A stretch of 64,000 nt of DNA from Obrimoposthia wandeli. Its lineage: Eukaryota. Of this stretch, positions 47,801-57,698 are shown one piece after another. The stretch covers positions 248,001 through 312,000 of the forward strand of contig CDROCS010006241.1 of the NCBI GenBank assembly GCA_977020255.1, read 5' to 3'. The notes under the pieces are model-generated. The model was not told the origin of the DNA and made no database searches. It worked only from the letters and a program-made list of their open reading frames with translations. The translations under genes and the position numbers were made by a program. Numbering within the stretch: position 1 is the stretch's first letter; the number at the start of each line of letters is the position of its first letter.

Positions 47801-50435
47801 TTTTAAAATCAGCCAATAAATCTTTCCATGTTTGACCTGTCTTATATTCAAGTTGCAAGCCAGTTTTTTGAGCAACCAATGCAATAATATCTTTTGAGAT
47901 ACCTTGGTATTGACCATTTTCACCTACAAAGTCAAATGGAGCCCAATCTAACTCTCCTCCCACAACAACTTTATTACTTGTAATCCATTTTTTTTCTTTT
48001 TTAGTTAACTCAATCAGAGAGCTTTTATTTACTGAGTTATTATTTGATATCCATTTTTTTTCTATTTTTTCTATTTCATCTTCACTAAGAGTTGCAAATG
48101 CTTTATTTAGTATGGTTATAAGTTCTGGCCAATCTTTTCGCACACCAATTCTAATTGGAAGTGCTTCACCTTCCCAGCCTAATGTTCCACCTAAAACAAC
48201 ATTATCAAGAGAGTGTTTATTTTTATAGTAATTTACAACTGAAGTCAAGTCAATCATAGCATCTGCTTTTCCAAAGGATACAGCTTGGATACATTCTAAT
48301 GTGTTTTTCATAGGAAGTATTTTTATTTGCGGATATTCTTTTAATTTATCTTCATAATAAAAACCTTTAGGTACAGCAAATGTTTTTCCAAATAATTCTT
48401 TAACTGTAGTTATTGGTTTTTCACCTTCTAGCATGTATAATGATTGTGAAAGCTCAGCATATGGTTTGGTAAAATTCAGAAATTTATCTCGCTCTTTTGA
48501 TTGAACAATATTAAGCATTACATCAATTTCTTTTGTTTTTACTTTTTTTACAAATTCATTCCAACTAGGTCCAGTTTCAAATTCAATTTGAAAGCCTGCT
48601 TTTTTAGCTAAGATATTTATATAATCAATTGACAAACCTCTTCCTCGCCCATTTTCATAAAAATTAAATGGTGCCCATGATTTTTCATTATTTACTTTTA
48701 TTATTGGATGTTTTGCTATCCAAGTTTTTTCTTCTTTTGTAAGATTCAGTTTAACTCTATTTTTATGATTTGTTATCGTCCATTTATTTTCAAGTGCACT
48801 CATTTCATCATGAGTAATACTGTTTACGGCTTTTTGTAATGCAGAATGTAAAAGTACTTTTTCTTTTGTAATACCCATATGTAAAGAAGTCTCTTCTTGC
48901 TGTTTTTTATCAACCTCTAGGTAATCAACTAACTCAATATTCGTAATTTGATTCTCTTTTGCATAATGTAAAAAAAGTAAAGGATTACCTACAATTGCAT
49001 CTATTTTTTTTGTTGCTAAATCTCTGACTAATTGAGCATTACTCTTTAGTTCAATTAATTTTACTTTTGGAAGTTGTTTTTTTATAATAGGAATACTGCC
49101 ATCTGATTCTTGCACACCTACTTTTAAATTAGATAAATCTGTATATGAATTAATTCGATTATCTGTAACTCTAGAAAAAATTCCTAATTTCCCTTTATAA
49201 TATGGAGTAGTAAATTTTGTAAATTCTTTTCGTTCCTTATTTTTATAAAATGCAGGTAGTACATCGATACTTTTTTCTTTAAACATTGTTAAAAGTTCTG
49301 ACCATGCATAACCATGAACAAACTCTATGTCTAAATTAAGTTTATTGGCAATAAGTTTTATATAATCAATACTCAAACCTCTTGGTTGCCCAAACTCATT
49401 GTAATCAAAAGGTGGCCAGTCCATTTCGTTACCAACTATGATTTTTGGATTCTGCTTAAGCCATTTTTTTTCTTCAAAATTAAGATTAATTTTGCCTTGT
49501 GATTTTTTATAAATAAAATTATCAAAATCATTTGTATTTGTACTAAATCCTAACAGTCGATATATTTGTGCTGTTTGGCGAATTCTTTCAATATCTATAT
49601 TTCCAAGAGTTATTTGCTTAATATATGCCAGTTTTTTTAGTTCTTTAGCTTCATACAATAAAGCCTCTTTTGTTTTATTTTGAGTATTATATTTTTTGAA
49701 TATAAGGTCAACACTCTCTTCAATATTAGTAAAAGCATATTCCCATCCTTTTAAACTTGCCTCATGGAAATTTTCAATAAGTTTTGGATTTTGTTTATAT
49801 AATTTTGATGATGTGTATAAAATATCACTGTAAAAATTAAAATCAAAATCTGATGGAGAAAAAACATTACTATCAACATTTTTAGAATCTAATAGATAAG
49901 GTTCATTAGATATATACGAGACAATAGCGTCTGTTTTATTTTCAATCAAATCGTCTATATTGAAACTATGCTTTTGCTTGATATAATTATTTTGATTAAT
50001 ACCTACAGACAAAAGCATTGCATTAATTGATGCCATATCAATATCATTAAGAGACATGATTCTTTTATTTTTCAGCTGTGATAATTTATTTATTTTAGTT
50101 TTAGTTGTTAAAACTAATGGACTTTTTTGAAAAGTAGCACTTAATAAAAGAATCTCTTTGCCATTTAGTTTTTCTAAAATCAAGGATGAACGCCCGACTG
50201 CAAAATCACTTTTTTGTTTTAATATATCAGCCATTGTATCAATACTAAAATCAAATTCTTTTATATTGACATCTATATCTAGGTCTTTGTAAAACCCTTT
50301 CTCTTTTGCCATATAATACCCTGCAAATTGAAACTGATGTTTCCAAGAAAGTTGTAAATCTACTTTGTTATTTGCGTATACAAATGAGGTAAAACAAAGT
50401 ATTAAAAATACAGATAGTAGATTTAGTTTTTTCAT
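44856..50435 (-). CDS. Giant SiaA-like PP2C/SpoIIE phosphatase with five periplasmic binding domains and PAS
   Basis: Signal peptide, NMT1/THI5-like domain (LSWKHQFQFAGYY), four family 3 SBP repeats, TM, PAS, SIEYASLIQ, VGGD, DCTGHGVPG, TDG, DDVT. Confidence 0.88.
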   Translation of the reverse strand: MKKLNLLSVFLILCFTSFVYANNKVDLQLSWKHQFQFAGYYMAKEKGFYKDLDIDVNIKEFDFSIDTMADILKQKSDFAVGRSSLILEKLNGKEILLLSATFQKSPLVLTTKTKINKLSQLKNKRIMSLNDIDMASINAMLLSVGINQNNYIKQKHSFNIDDLIENKTDAIVSYISNEPYLLDSKNVDSNVFSPSDFDFNFYSDILYTSSKLYKQNPKLIENFHEASLKGWEYAFTNIEESVDLIFKKYNTQNKTKEALLYEAKELKKLAYIKQITLGNIDIERIRQTAQIYRLLGFSTNTNDFDNFIYKKSQGKINLNFEEKKWLKQNPKIIVGNEMDWPPFDYNEFGQPRGLSIDYIKLIANKLNLDIEFVHGYAWSELLTMFKEKSIDVLPAFYKNKERKEFTKFTTPYYKGKLGIFSRVTDNRINSYTDLSNLKVGVQESDGSIPIIKKQLPKVKLIELKSNAQLVRDLATKKIDAIVGNPLLFLHYAKENQITNIELVDYLEVDKKQQEETSLHMGITKEKVLLHSALQKAVNSITHDEMSALENKWTITNHKNRVKLNLTKEEKTWIAKHPIIKVNNEKSWAPFNFYENGRGRGLSIDYINILAKKAGFQIEFETGPSWNEFVKKVKTKEIDVMLNIVQSKERDKFLNFTKPYAELSQSLYMLEGEKPITTVKELFGKTFAVPKGFYYEDKLKEYPQIKILPMKNTLECIQAVSFGKADAMIDLTSVVNYYKNKHSLDNVVLGGTLGWEGEALPIRIGVRKDWPELITILNKAFATLSEDEIEKIEKKWISNNNSVNKSSLIELTKKEKKWITSNKVVVGGELDWAPFDFVGENGQYQGISKDIIALVAQKTGLQLEYKTGQTWKDLLADFKIGKIDILPAMYKNEERKEFSSFTKPYFKVKDYVFMRTDDKAVESLDELQSKKIALIDGYATLDYLAKRYPKIEFYKVKSMTDGVNAVILKKADVYIDNYAVVKFHLASNMQTGLKAVLPITQNQNSLHIAVNKEKTMLSQIVNKAMDNISQSEINKILNNWFEKDENKINIDFSQKELEWLQKNKTLTYSDINWKPLSIIENNNMTGIMRDYLNIIEKYTGMELKFIKSKSWPDVLEKFKNGEIDFVPGAGDSEGEKALGPMSNMYAKYPLSIITNENINYVNSLSEIKDRVFSIPKYYTSYNFLKTLYPEAKIIETNTIEEALLNVSNQKADVFLGHLAPSLYYIDKLGRDNLKISGKAKFDFKHQFLISEKYPEFLSIVNKIFDTLTQQERDKIYSDWVHTEVKQSTDYTIFWKIGGGILLFILIGLYYNRKINLQKEFVQTLLDSQEQIIITTNGKRLISANKTFFNFYDLKTVELFMDKFGDCICDTFDKSSPEGYLQKYMGDLSWIEYILKYSENTHKAQIVLNNNLFIFSVNASLLPNKESPMSAVFTNITQMEKAQTEAEKAKKEVELILSNILLPVLITSKKDRKILYANKYAQKQYDMPLDVIIGSDIDDVYTIQGQQAHIIEAIKRDGFVENSEEVFKTAHDKEFTALLSVTPITYKNEASYIGMITDITKQKVIEEEIREIHKHTRDSIEYASLIQGALVPEAELFRKYFNDYLVIWHPKDIVGGDIYLLEELRNGDECLIMAIDCTGHGVPGAFVTMLVKAIERQVSAIIANDESMEVSPAWILSYFNQTMKKLLKQEDETSISNAGFDGGILYYNKKESIIRFAGAETPLFYIENGELKTIKGNRHSIGYKKSDMNYKFKDHEIKVKEGMQFYITTDGYLDQNGGDKGFPFGKKKFTNIIETYKDDSFADQQKMLLYELQDYQDDEERNDDVTVIGIKIGNTLNQKSDKNTNSSRDNRVNEQDRRQNT

Positions 50436-50730
50436 TTGATGATATCCTTAATATCTTAACCATAAAAATTATTATACTTAACATATGATTACAGTATCTT
50501 ATCTTTATTTTCTAGTTACTATCGAAAACTTGTATTCTCAAACTAATTTTGCAGATGTAGTTTATTTATTTTTCACAGATTTGGTAGAAAATGAATATGA
50601 CATATTAAATGAGATTGAAAAATTTCCAAAGTCATGTTAGGAGGGGTTTTAATAAAAAGGCACACGCTCGACATTCTAATAATATAAAAAACTTTATCTA
50701 TGAGGTAATCATCTATATGGATTTTTTGGC

Positions 50731-50785
50731 AAAAAAAAAGCTTCTAGATAAAAGAACCAAGGTTCATATATCTAAAAGCTTTGTA
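50731..50785 (-). terminator. Terminator of the tRNA-Asn pair (part of the right att repeat)
   Basis: Long imperfect hairpin AAAGCTT..TAGATA..GAACC/GGTTC..TATCTA..AAGCTTT with a 9-T run on the minus strand. Confidence 0.8.
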
Positions 50786-50803
50786 TGGCTCCGGATGCTG
50801 GAT

Positions 50804-50836
<33 letters not shown>

Positions 50837-50860
50837 ACTCTACCACTGAGCTAATCCGGA
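50786..50860 (-). tRNA. tRNA-Asn (GTT)
   Basis: 75-nt cloverleaf TCCGGATTAGCTCAGTGG...GTGACTGTTAATCAC...GGTTCGAATCC...CCA. Confidence 0.97.
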
Positions 50861-50892
50861 ACATGTAAAAAAACATTTAAAAAAGAAGTGTA

Positions 50893-50910
50893 TGGCTCCG
50901 GATGCTGGAT

Positions 50911-50943
<33 letters not shown>

Positions 50944-50967
50944 ACTCTACCACTGAGCTAATCCGGA
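50893..50967 (-). tRNA. tRNA-Asn (GTT), identical second copy
   Basis: Identical 75-nt sequence with encoded CCA. Confidence 0.97.
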
Positions 50968-50995
50968 TTCTAGCTTCATTCTTAAATGGGATGGA

Positions 50996-51024
50996 ATTAT
51001 ATTTAAAAATACATTTTTTGTCAA
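50996..51024 (-). promoter_or_regulatory. Consensus sigma70 promoter for the tRNA pair
   Basis: TTGACA (51019-51024), 17-nt spacer, TATAAT (50996-51001) on the minus strand. Confidence 0.85.
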
Positions 51025-51040
51025 GATATTTTGGGCTTTT

Positions 51041-51958
51041 TTACAGAAATTTATAAAATTTGATACCACTGCTATCAATAAGAGAAATTTGTTCATCTTT
51101 AAGTAAATTTTGTAAGCTGTTTTTACTATTTTCATCAAATAAATTGTCTATATCTTCATTAGTTAAAGGTCGTCGTCTTAACATTGCGATTATTTCTTCT
51201 TCTGAAAAGCTATTTCTCTGCTTTGGACGATTTTTATATGCAATATTTACATTTATTCCCTCAAACATCTTTGCAACACTTTCTAAAGTCTCAAATGTCA
51301 CTGGTTTTACATCATATGCAGGAGGTCTATCTATTGTTCCTATATCTACCCTACTTGGATTTATATTTTTTACTGCTTCATATAAAAGATTTATCTCTTC
51401 TTCTTTATCATTTAAATCTTTTACAAAAAGAATTTCTAACACAAATTGATTCTTGGTAGTTTTAGAGAACGCTATCATACTCTCTACTATCTTTTCAACA
51501 TCAATGCCACTGTGAATCCTATCAAGCTTTTTAAAGCACCTTTCACTTACACAATCAAGTGATAGTTTCACTGTATCAAAATTTAATAAAGTATTGAAAA
51601 TTTCATTATCATATATTGTACTTCCATTTGAAAGTATAAGTGTTTTTGCCTCACCTTTGATTTTATCTATTTCGATGATTAATTCATCTAACTTAGGATA
51701 CAAAGTTGGTTCACCATTTGCAGTTACTGTAATAACATCAATTTTTGGATGTTTATCAAATGATTCTTTAATAGCCGATATTATTTCTAGAACAGTAGGA
51801 TATGTTGTCATACTATCTACAGTTTTTGCTTTTTCTAGCTCACAATAAAGACAATCAAAATTACACTGCTTAGAAGATGGAGATAGGTCAACACCTAATG
51901 ATATACCAAACCTTCAAGAAGGAATTGGACCAAAAATAATAGAATTTGAATATGACAT
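51041..51958 (-). pseudogene. Radical SAM protein interrupted by an in-frame TGA at codon 15
   Basis: MSYSNSIIFGPIPS*RFGISLGVDLSPSSKQCNFDCLYCEL...; TGA at 51914-51916; the track ORF from 51811 lacks the CxxxCxxC motif. Confidence 0.8.
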
Positions 51959-51973
51959 GATTTTCTTTTTAGA

Positions 51974-51999
51974 AATAAGTAGGTAAAAACCTACTTATT
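51974..51999 (-). terminator. Terminator hairpin after hemE
   Basis: AATAAGTAGGT-AAAA-ACCTACTTATT. Confidence 0.65.
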
Positions 52000-52013
52000 A
52001 TAATATTTGAGAT

Positions 52014-53051
52014 TTATTTTTTTGAAACTCTTTGACATTCAGATACAAAGTGTATTGCATTTTCAACTGGAACATCTGGTAAAATTCCATGACCAAGATT
52101 AAAGATATGACCTTCACCTTGCATTGTCTCATGAATTTTTTCTACACATTTAGTAGTTTCTTCTTTTGAGTATAATCTACAAGGTTCCATATTACCTTGA
52201 AGAACATATTTATCACCTAGTTTAGCTTTTGCCATAGACATAGGAGTTCCCCAATCTACACCAAATACATCAAAGTTTCCATATACTCCACCCATGTTAA
52301 TAAATGCAGACACACCTTTAGGGAACATGATTACTGGAATATCAGGATATCTTTCTTTAATATATTCAGCAATTTCGACCATGTATTTCCAAGAAAATTC
52401 ATCATAACGTCCTGGCTCAATAGCAGAAGCCCAAGAATCAAAGATTTGCACAACATCAGCACCAGCTTCAATTTGTTTAATCATATAGAATTTAACTACT
52501 TCAGTTACTTTTCTAAGAATTTTATGAAGTAATTCGGGATTTGAATACATCATTTTTTTACAAATGTTATATGTTTTAGTCCCTTGTCCTTCAATCATGT
52601 ATGTAGCAAGTGTCCAAGGAGCACCTGTGAATCCAATAAGTGCCTTATCTTCAGGTAACTTTTGTTTTAAAAGTTTTATTGTTTCATATACATAAGTTAA
52701 CTTATCAGCCGCGGCTTCTCCACCAAGTAAAGCATCTACTTCTTCTTCATTTTTAATTGGGTCTCTAAATAAAGGACCCTCTCCTGTAACAAACTCTAAA
52801 TGCATTCCCATTTCATGTGGAATAACAAGAATATCAGAGAATAAAATCGCTGCATCAACACCAACAATGTCAAGTGGTTGAATAGTAACTTCACAAGCTT
52901 TTTCTGGGTTGTGACAAAGATTTAAAAAGTTTCCAGCTTCCGCTCTTACTTTCATATATTCAGGCAAGTATCTTCCTGCTTGTCTCATCATCCACACAGG
53001 AGTGTAAGGAGTCTCTTTTCTTAAACACGCATCTACAAATATTTTTGACAT
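52014..53051 (-). CDS. hemE: Uroporphyrinogen decarboxylase
   Basis: [25 protein letters not shown] and HIFNLGHGI motifs. Confidence 0.97.
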   Translation of the reverse strand: MSKIFVDACLRKETPYTPVWMMRQAGRYLPEYMKVRAEAGNFLNLCHNPEKACEVTIQPLDIVGVDAAILFSDILVIPHEMGMHLEFVTGEGPLFRDPIKNEEEVDALLGGEAAADKLTYVYETIKLLKQKLPEDKALIGFTGAPWTLATYMIEGQGTKTYNICKKMMYSNPELLHKILRKVTEVVKFYMIKQIEAGADVVQIFDSWASAIEPGRYDEFSWKYMVEIAEYIKERYPDIPVIMFPKGVSAFINMGGVYGNFDVFGVDWGTPMSMAKAKLGDKYVLQGNMEPCRLYSKEETTKCVEKIHETMQGEGHIFNLGHGILPDVPVENAIHFVSECQRVSKK

Positions 53052-53056
53052 TTTTA

Positions 53057-53593
53057 TTAACCTTTAATCTCTTTTTTTTCTTCTTTTTTTCCAACTTTTC
53101 CTAAAAAGAAAAGTCCAATTGCAAGCACCATAATAGATATTGCAAAATATAACATTTCTAAAGCACCATTATATTCTGTGTGTAAAACTCTTTGGAAAAA
53201 TCCAACAACTAGTACCATAACAATAACTTTAGCAATTTTATCTTTTAATTGATCTAGAGAACTAATAGCAAGGATATTTTGTCCCGTTTCTTTATTCTCT
53301 GCAGCTTCGATTTTTGAAATAAAAAGTTCATATATTCCAAATGCAAAAATTAACATAACAATCGCAATTAGGTATAAATCTACTGCACCAATTATATTAC
53401 TAACAATAACTTGATGAAAATCTTCTGGATGTAATCCATTTAAATAAACATTTACGGTATACGTTAATACGCCATAAATATCTACAGATGCAACAATAAA
53501 TAAAATTACTGCACCTATAAGACCAAATACAACTGCAAAAAGAATAAATAGTCTTGCTTTCCACATTGTATTTTCAAAAAGTCTCTCTATCAT
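53057..53593 (-). CDS. YqhA (UPF0114) family membrane protein
   Basis: [36 protein letters not shown]. Confidence 0.85.
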   Translation of the reverse strand: MIERLFENTMWKARLFILFAVVFGLIGAVILFIVASVDIYGVLTYTVNVYLNGLHPEDFHQVIVSNIIGAVDLYLIAIVMLIFAFGIYELFISKIEAAENKETGQNILAISSLDQLKDKIAKVIVMVLVVGFFQRVLHTEYNGALEMLYFAISIMVLAIGLFFLGKVGKKEEKKEIKG

Positions 53594-54630
53594 TAAATAT
53601 CATTTTCCATTTCGATCCATTTAAGAGCAATTCTAACAGAATTTGTAGCTGCTCCAACTCTTACTTGGTCTGCAACATTAAAATAATGTACTACATTTTC
53701 ATCATAGATATCTTTTCTAATTCTTCCTACAAAAGTAGTATCAGTATCAGTTGAGATAATTGGCATTGGATATGCATTATTTTCTAAATCATCAATTACT
53801 TCAACATTTTCAAATCTTTCTAATGCTTCTCTAACCTCATTAACATCCACTTCAATACCATCATCAAATGTAACAGTAATAGACTCAGAATGTGATCTTA
53901 AAACTGGAACTCTAACACAAGTTGCAGCTACTGCAATATCTTTGTGTAATATTTTTTGAGTTTCATTAACCATTTTCATTTCTTCTTTTGTAAATGAATT
54001 TGGTTCTTTAACATCAATTTGAGGAATAACATTATTTACAATTTGATGAGCAAAAGCTTCAATTTTAGAATCATCTAAAGTAAAAGTTAACATAGCTTGC
54101 ATTTGTTTAACAAGTTCTTCCATACCAGCTTTTCCAGCTCCTGAAACTGCTTGGTAAGTTGAAACATCAACTCTTTTAATTCCATATAATTCATCAAGTG
54201 GTTTTAAAGATAAAACCATTTGAATAGTTGAACAATTTGGATTTGCAATAATTCCTGTTTCTCTCCATAAAGAGATGTCTTCTGGATTTACTTCAGGTAC
54301 AACTAAAGGTACGTTTGCATCCATTCTAAAGTGGCTAGTATTATCAATAACTACTGCTCCACTCTCAACTGCATATTTTGCAAATTTTTCAGAAATAGAA
54401 CCACCTGCACTAAAAAATGCAATATCAACTTCATTTTCTTCAAAAACAGTGTCTGTTAATTCTAAAACTGTATGTTCTTTTCCTGCAAATTCTATTTTTT
54501 CACCAGCACTTCTTGCACTTGCAAGAGGTAGTAAGTTATTAATTGGGAAGTCATACGCTTCCATTACTCTAAAAAGTTCTTCACCGACTGCACCAGTTGC
54601 ACCGACGACTGCAACATTAAATTTTCTCAT
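53593..54630 (-). CDS. asd: Aspartate-semialdehyde dehydrogenase
   Basis: VVGATGAVG, IANPNCST, TYQAVSGAG, VRVPVLRSH, VGAATN. Confidence 0.97.
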   Translation of the reverse strand: MRKFNVAVVGATGAVGEELFRVMEAYDFPINNLLPLASARSAGEKIEFAGKEHTVLELTDTVFEENEVDIAFFSAGGSISEKFAKYAVESGAVVIDNTSHFRMDANVPLVVPEVNPEDISLWRETGIIANPNCSTIQMVLSLKPLDELYGIKRVDVSTYQAVSGAGKAGMEELVKQMQAMLTFTLDDSKIEAFAHQIVNNVIPQIDVKEPNSFTKEEMKMVNETQKILHKDIAVAATCVRVPVLRSHSESITVTFDDGIEVDVNEVREALERFENVEVIDDLENNAYPMPIISTDTDTTFVGRIRKDIYDENVVHYFNVADQVRVGAATNSVRIALKWIEMENDI

Positions 54631-54634
54631 TTTT

Positions 54635-57232
54635 CTACTCTTCCTCTTTCTTTTCTATATCTTCAATTAAAGATGGAGTTTCTTGAACAATAGACTCATC
54701 TGAACTTTTTTCAACTTCAGCAGGTATATTTTCTAAAATTTCACCCTCTTCGTTATATCTTATAATATTTCCATTTTCATCAAGTTCTATCTCTTCATCC
54801 TCTTTTGGACATTTTGCAATAGATACAACTTTATCACCTTTATCTACATTTACAATAATTACACCAGAAGTATTTCTTCCAGCTTTTCTAATTGTTTGCA
54901 TATCAACTCTAATCATTTTACCAATAGAAGTAAGTGCCATTAAGTCTTGTGTTTCATCTACAAGAACTTCACCAACTACATTACCTGTTTTGTTAGATAA
55001 TTTCATTGAAATAACACCAGAACCAGCTCTGTTTGTTAATCTATATTCAGAAACAGTTGTTCTTTTTCCAATACCTTTTTCAGAAATTGGTAATAACTCT
55101 TGATCTTCACTTGTAATAACATCAGCATCAACTACAAAGTCAGTGTCGATTTTAAACTTAATACCTCGAACACCTCTTGTACTTCTACCTTGATCTCTTG
55201 TTTTTTCTATATCAAATCTAATACATTGACCTAATCTTGTAAAGATCATTAAGAACTGAGATTCAGAATCAGTAATCTTAGCAGTTACAATTTCATCCAT
55301 TTCATCAAGAACAATAGCTCTTACACCATTTGATCTAATGTTAGAGAATTGAGATAATGATGTTCTTTTTACAATACCATTCTTAGTAAAGAATGCTAAA
55401 GATTTACTCTCATCAAAATCAGAAGTTGGAATAATTTCCATAATCTTCTCATCAGGTCTTAAGTTAATTAAGTTGACAACTGCTTTACCTTTAGCAGTTC
55501 TGCTACCTTCTGGAATTCTATATACTTTCAACCAGTATAATTGTCCCATATTCGTAACAAACATTAAAGTATCATGAGTATTAGATACAAAGAATCTTTC
55601 AATGAAGTCATCTTCATGAGTAGTAACAGCTATTTTACCTTTACCACCTCTTCTTTGTTTTTCGTATGATTTAATTGGAACTCTTTTTACATATCCATTA
55701 TGAGTAATAGTAACTACCATTGGCTCATTTGGAATTAAGTCTTCCATATCAATTTCGTCATAAGAATCTTCAATCTCAGTTAATCTAGGACTTGTATATT
55801 TTTCTTTAATTTCTAATAATTCTTCTTTAATAATTTCATTTAATCTATCTTCAGATTTTAAAATTTCTTCAAGTTCAGCAATAATCGCTAATAACTCTTG
55901 ATACTCAGCTTCTAGCTTATCTCTTTGAAGACCAGTTAATCTTCCAAGTCTCATATCTAAGATTGCTTGAGATTGAATAATACTTAATCCAAATCTGTTT
56001 TGTAAACTCTCTTTAGCTTCAGCATCATTTGAACTTGCTCTAATAATCTTAACAACTTCGTCAATATTATCTAATGCAATTTTTAGACCTTCTAAAATAT
56101 GAGCTCTTGCTTTTGCTTTCTCTAATTCAAAAATTGTTCTTCTAATAATTACTGTTTTTCTATGTGATAAGAAAACAGTTAAAATTTCTGGAAGTTTAAA
56201 TACTTTTGGTTCTTTGTTATAAACAGCTAAAAGAATAATTCCAAATGTATTTTCCATTGGAGTTGATTTATAAAGATTGTTCATAACAATCTCACTCATT
56301 GCATCTTTTTTAAGCTCAATAACAACTCTAATACCATCTCTATCAGACTCATCTCTAACTTCAGAGATTCCTTCAATAGCTTTATCTTTTGCTAAGTTAG
56401 CAATTTGCTCAATTAGTCTTGATTTATTAACTTGGTAAGGAAGTTCATCTAAAACGATAACTTCTTTTTTACCTTTAGTTTCAATATGATGTTTAGCTCT
56501 AATTTTAACTCTACCACGACCAGTATTATATGCATCAATTATTCCACGTCTACCAAAGATTGTTCCACCTGTTGGGAAATCTGGACCTTGAATAAATTCC
56601 ATTAACTCATCAGCTGTTGCTTCAGGGTTATCAATAGTATGTAAAATAGCTTCTAATAATTCACCTAAGTTATGTGGTGGAATCTTTGTAGCCATACCAA
56701 CTGCAATACCTTCTGAACCATTCATAAGTAATGTAGGAACTCTAGTAGGAAGAACTGCTGGTTCTTTTAATGTATCATCATAGTTTGGAGTAAAGTTTAC
56801 AGTATCTTTATCAATATCTTTTAAAATATCTTCAGAGATTTTTGTAAATCTTGATTCCGTATATCTCATTGCTGCTGCATTATCGCCATCAACAGAACCG
56901 AAGTTTCCTTGACCATCAATAAGTGGCTCTCGCATAGAGAAACTTTGTGCCATTCTAACTAATGCATCATAAACAGAAGTATCACCATGTGGATGGTATT
57001 TACCAATAACATCACCAACAATTCTTGCAGATTTTTTATATGGCGCACGTGCTGTCATATTTAAATCATGCATTGCATATAATATTCTTCTGTGAACTGG
57101 TTTTAAACCATCTTTTGCATCAGGTAATGCCCGACCAATTATAACACTCATAGAGTAATCTAAATAAGAAGCTTTAACACTATCTTCAATATTTATATCA
57201 ATAATATCTTGATTTTCGAAAAGGTTTTCCAT
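54635..57232 (-). CDS. gyrA: DNA gyrase subunit A
   Basis: [18 protein letters not shown] and GyrA-box QRRGGKG. Confidence 0.98.
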   Translation of the reverse strand: MENLFENQDIIDINIEDSVKASYLDYSMSVIIGRALPDAKDGLKPVHRRILYAMHDLNMTARAPYKKSARIVGDVIGKYHPHGDTSVYDALVRMAQSFSMREPLIDGQGNFGSVDGDNAAAMRYTESRFTKISEDILKDIDKDTVNFTPNYDDTLKEPAVLPTRVPTLLMNGSEGIAVGMATKIPPHNLGELLEAILHTIDNPEATADELMEFIQGPDFPTGGTIFGRRGIIDAYNTGRGRVKIRAKHHIETKGKKEVIVLDELPYQVNKSRLIEQIANLAKDKAIEGISEVRDESDRDGIRVVIELKKDAMSEIVMNNLYKSTPMENTFGIILLAVYNKEPKVFKLPEILTVFLSHRKTVIIRRTIFELEKAKARAHILEGLKIALDNIDEVVKIIRASSNDAEAKESLQNRFGLSIIQSQAILDMRLGRLTGLQRDKLEAEYQELLAIIAELEEILKSEDRLNEIIKEELLEIKEKYTSPRLTEIEDSYDEIDMEDLIPNEPMVVTITHNGYVKRVPIKSYEKQRRGGKGKIAVTTHEDDFIERFFVSNTHDTLMFVTNMGQLYWLKVYRIPEGSRTAKGKAVVNLINLRPDEKIMEIIPTSDFDESKSLAFFTKNGIVKRTSLSQFSNIRSNGVRAIVLDEMDEIVTAKITDSESQFLMIFTRLGQCIRFDIEKTRDQGRSTRGVRGIKFKIDTDFVVDADVITSEDQELLPISEKGIGKRTTVSEYRLTNRAGSGVISMKLSNKTGNVVGEVLVDETQDLMALTSIGKMIRVDMQTIRKAGRNTSGVIIVNVDKGDKVVSIAKCPKEDEEIELDENGNIIRYNEEGEILENIPAEVEKSSDESIVQETPSLIEDIEKKEEE

Positions 57233-57319
57233 TAAAAAATGCCTTTATATATATAAAATTTAGATATTTTATCTAAAAAAGGCTTAGTATAAGGCCTAGT
57301 GTTATGATTTTAAGCAAAA

Positions 57320-57357
57320 AAAAAGGGATGAAAGTTAAAAAACTTTCATCCCTTTTT
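57320..57357 (-). terminator. Rho-independent terminator
   Basis: AAAAAGGGATGAAAGTT-AAAA-AACTTTCATCCCTTTTT, 17-bp stem. Confidence 0.8.
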
Positions 57358-57374
57358 CAAAACAATTATAAATC

Positions 57375-57596
57375 TTATAAATTGTTCTCTTTTTTATGTT
57401 TAATAATTAAATTGTAAACTTCATCTTTAAGTTTTAGCTTCTCTTTTTTCTTTACTTCAACTTCAAATTGATCGGCATGGTTTTTTTCCATTTCTGCAAT
57501 TTGTTCATCTAAGTCATTATGTTTTTCAAACACTTTTACAAAGTGTCCATCATTTTGTTTTAAATCTGTAATAACATCTCGGTGTTCGTGAAACAT
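57375..57596 (-). CDS. YdcH (DUF465) family protein
   Basis: MFHEHRDVITDLK..DGHF..VFEKHNDLD...KKEKLKLKDE. Confidence 0.85.
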   Translation of the reverse strand: MFHEHRDVITDLKQNDGHFVKVFEKHNDLDEQIAEMEKNHADQFEVEVKKKEKLKLKDEVYNLIIKHKKENNL

Positions 57597-57698
57597 TGGC
57601 TTTTCCTCTTAATAAAATTTATATTAAAATTATAACAATTACTCACTTAATATTTTGTAATATTAATACATATAGCATTGTTAATTCTTATATTTAAA

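Larger units (their letters stand above)
43764..50730. mobile_element. Integrase-less genomic island at tRNA-Asn carrying a SiaABC-like module
   Basis: Bounded by 67-bp direct repeats that include the tRNA 3' end; no recombinase ORF inside. Confidence 0.75.

Noticed and set aside
50609-51138. Track ORFs 50609-50827 and 50947-51138
   Set aside because: They overlap the tRNA genes, their terminator and promoter; typical tRNA-derived spurious frames.
51914-51945. Selenocysteine recoding of the radical SAM TGA
   Set aside because: The position corresponds to Arg rather than Cys, and the hairpin can be explained by conserved LGVDL codons; kept only as a minor alternative.
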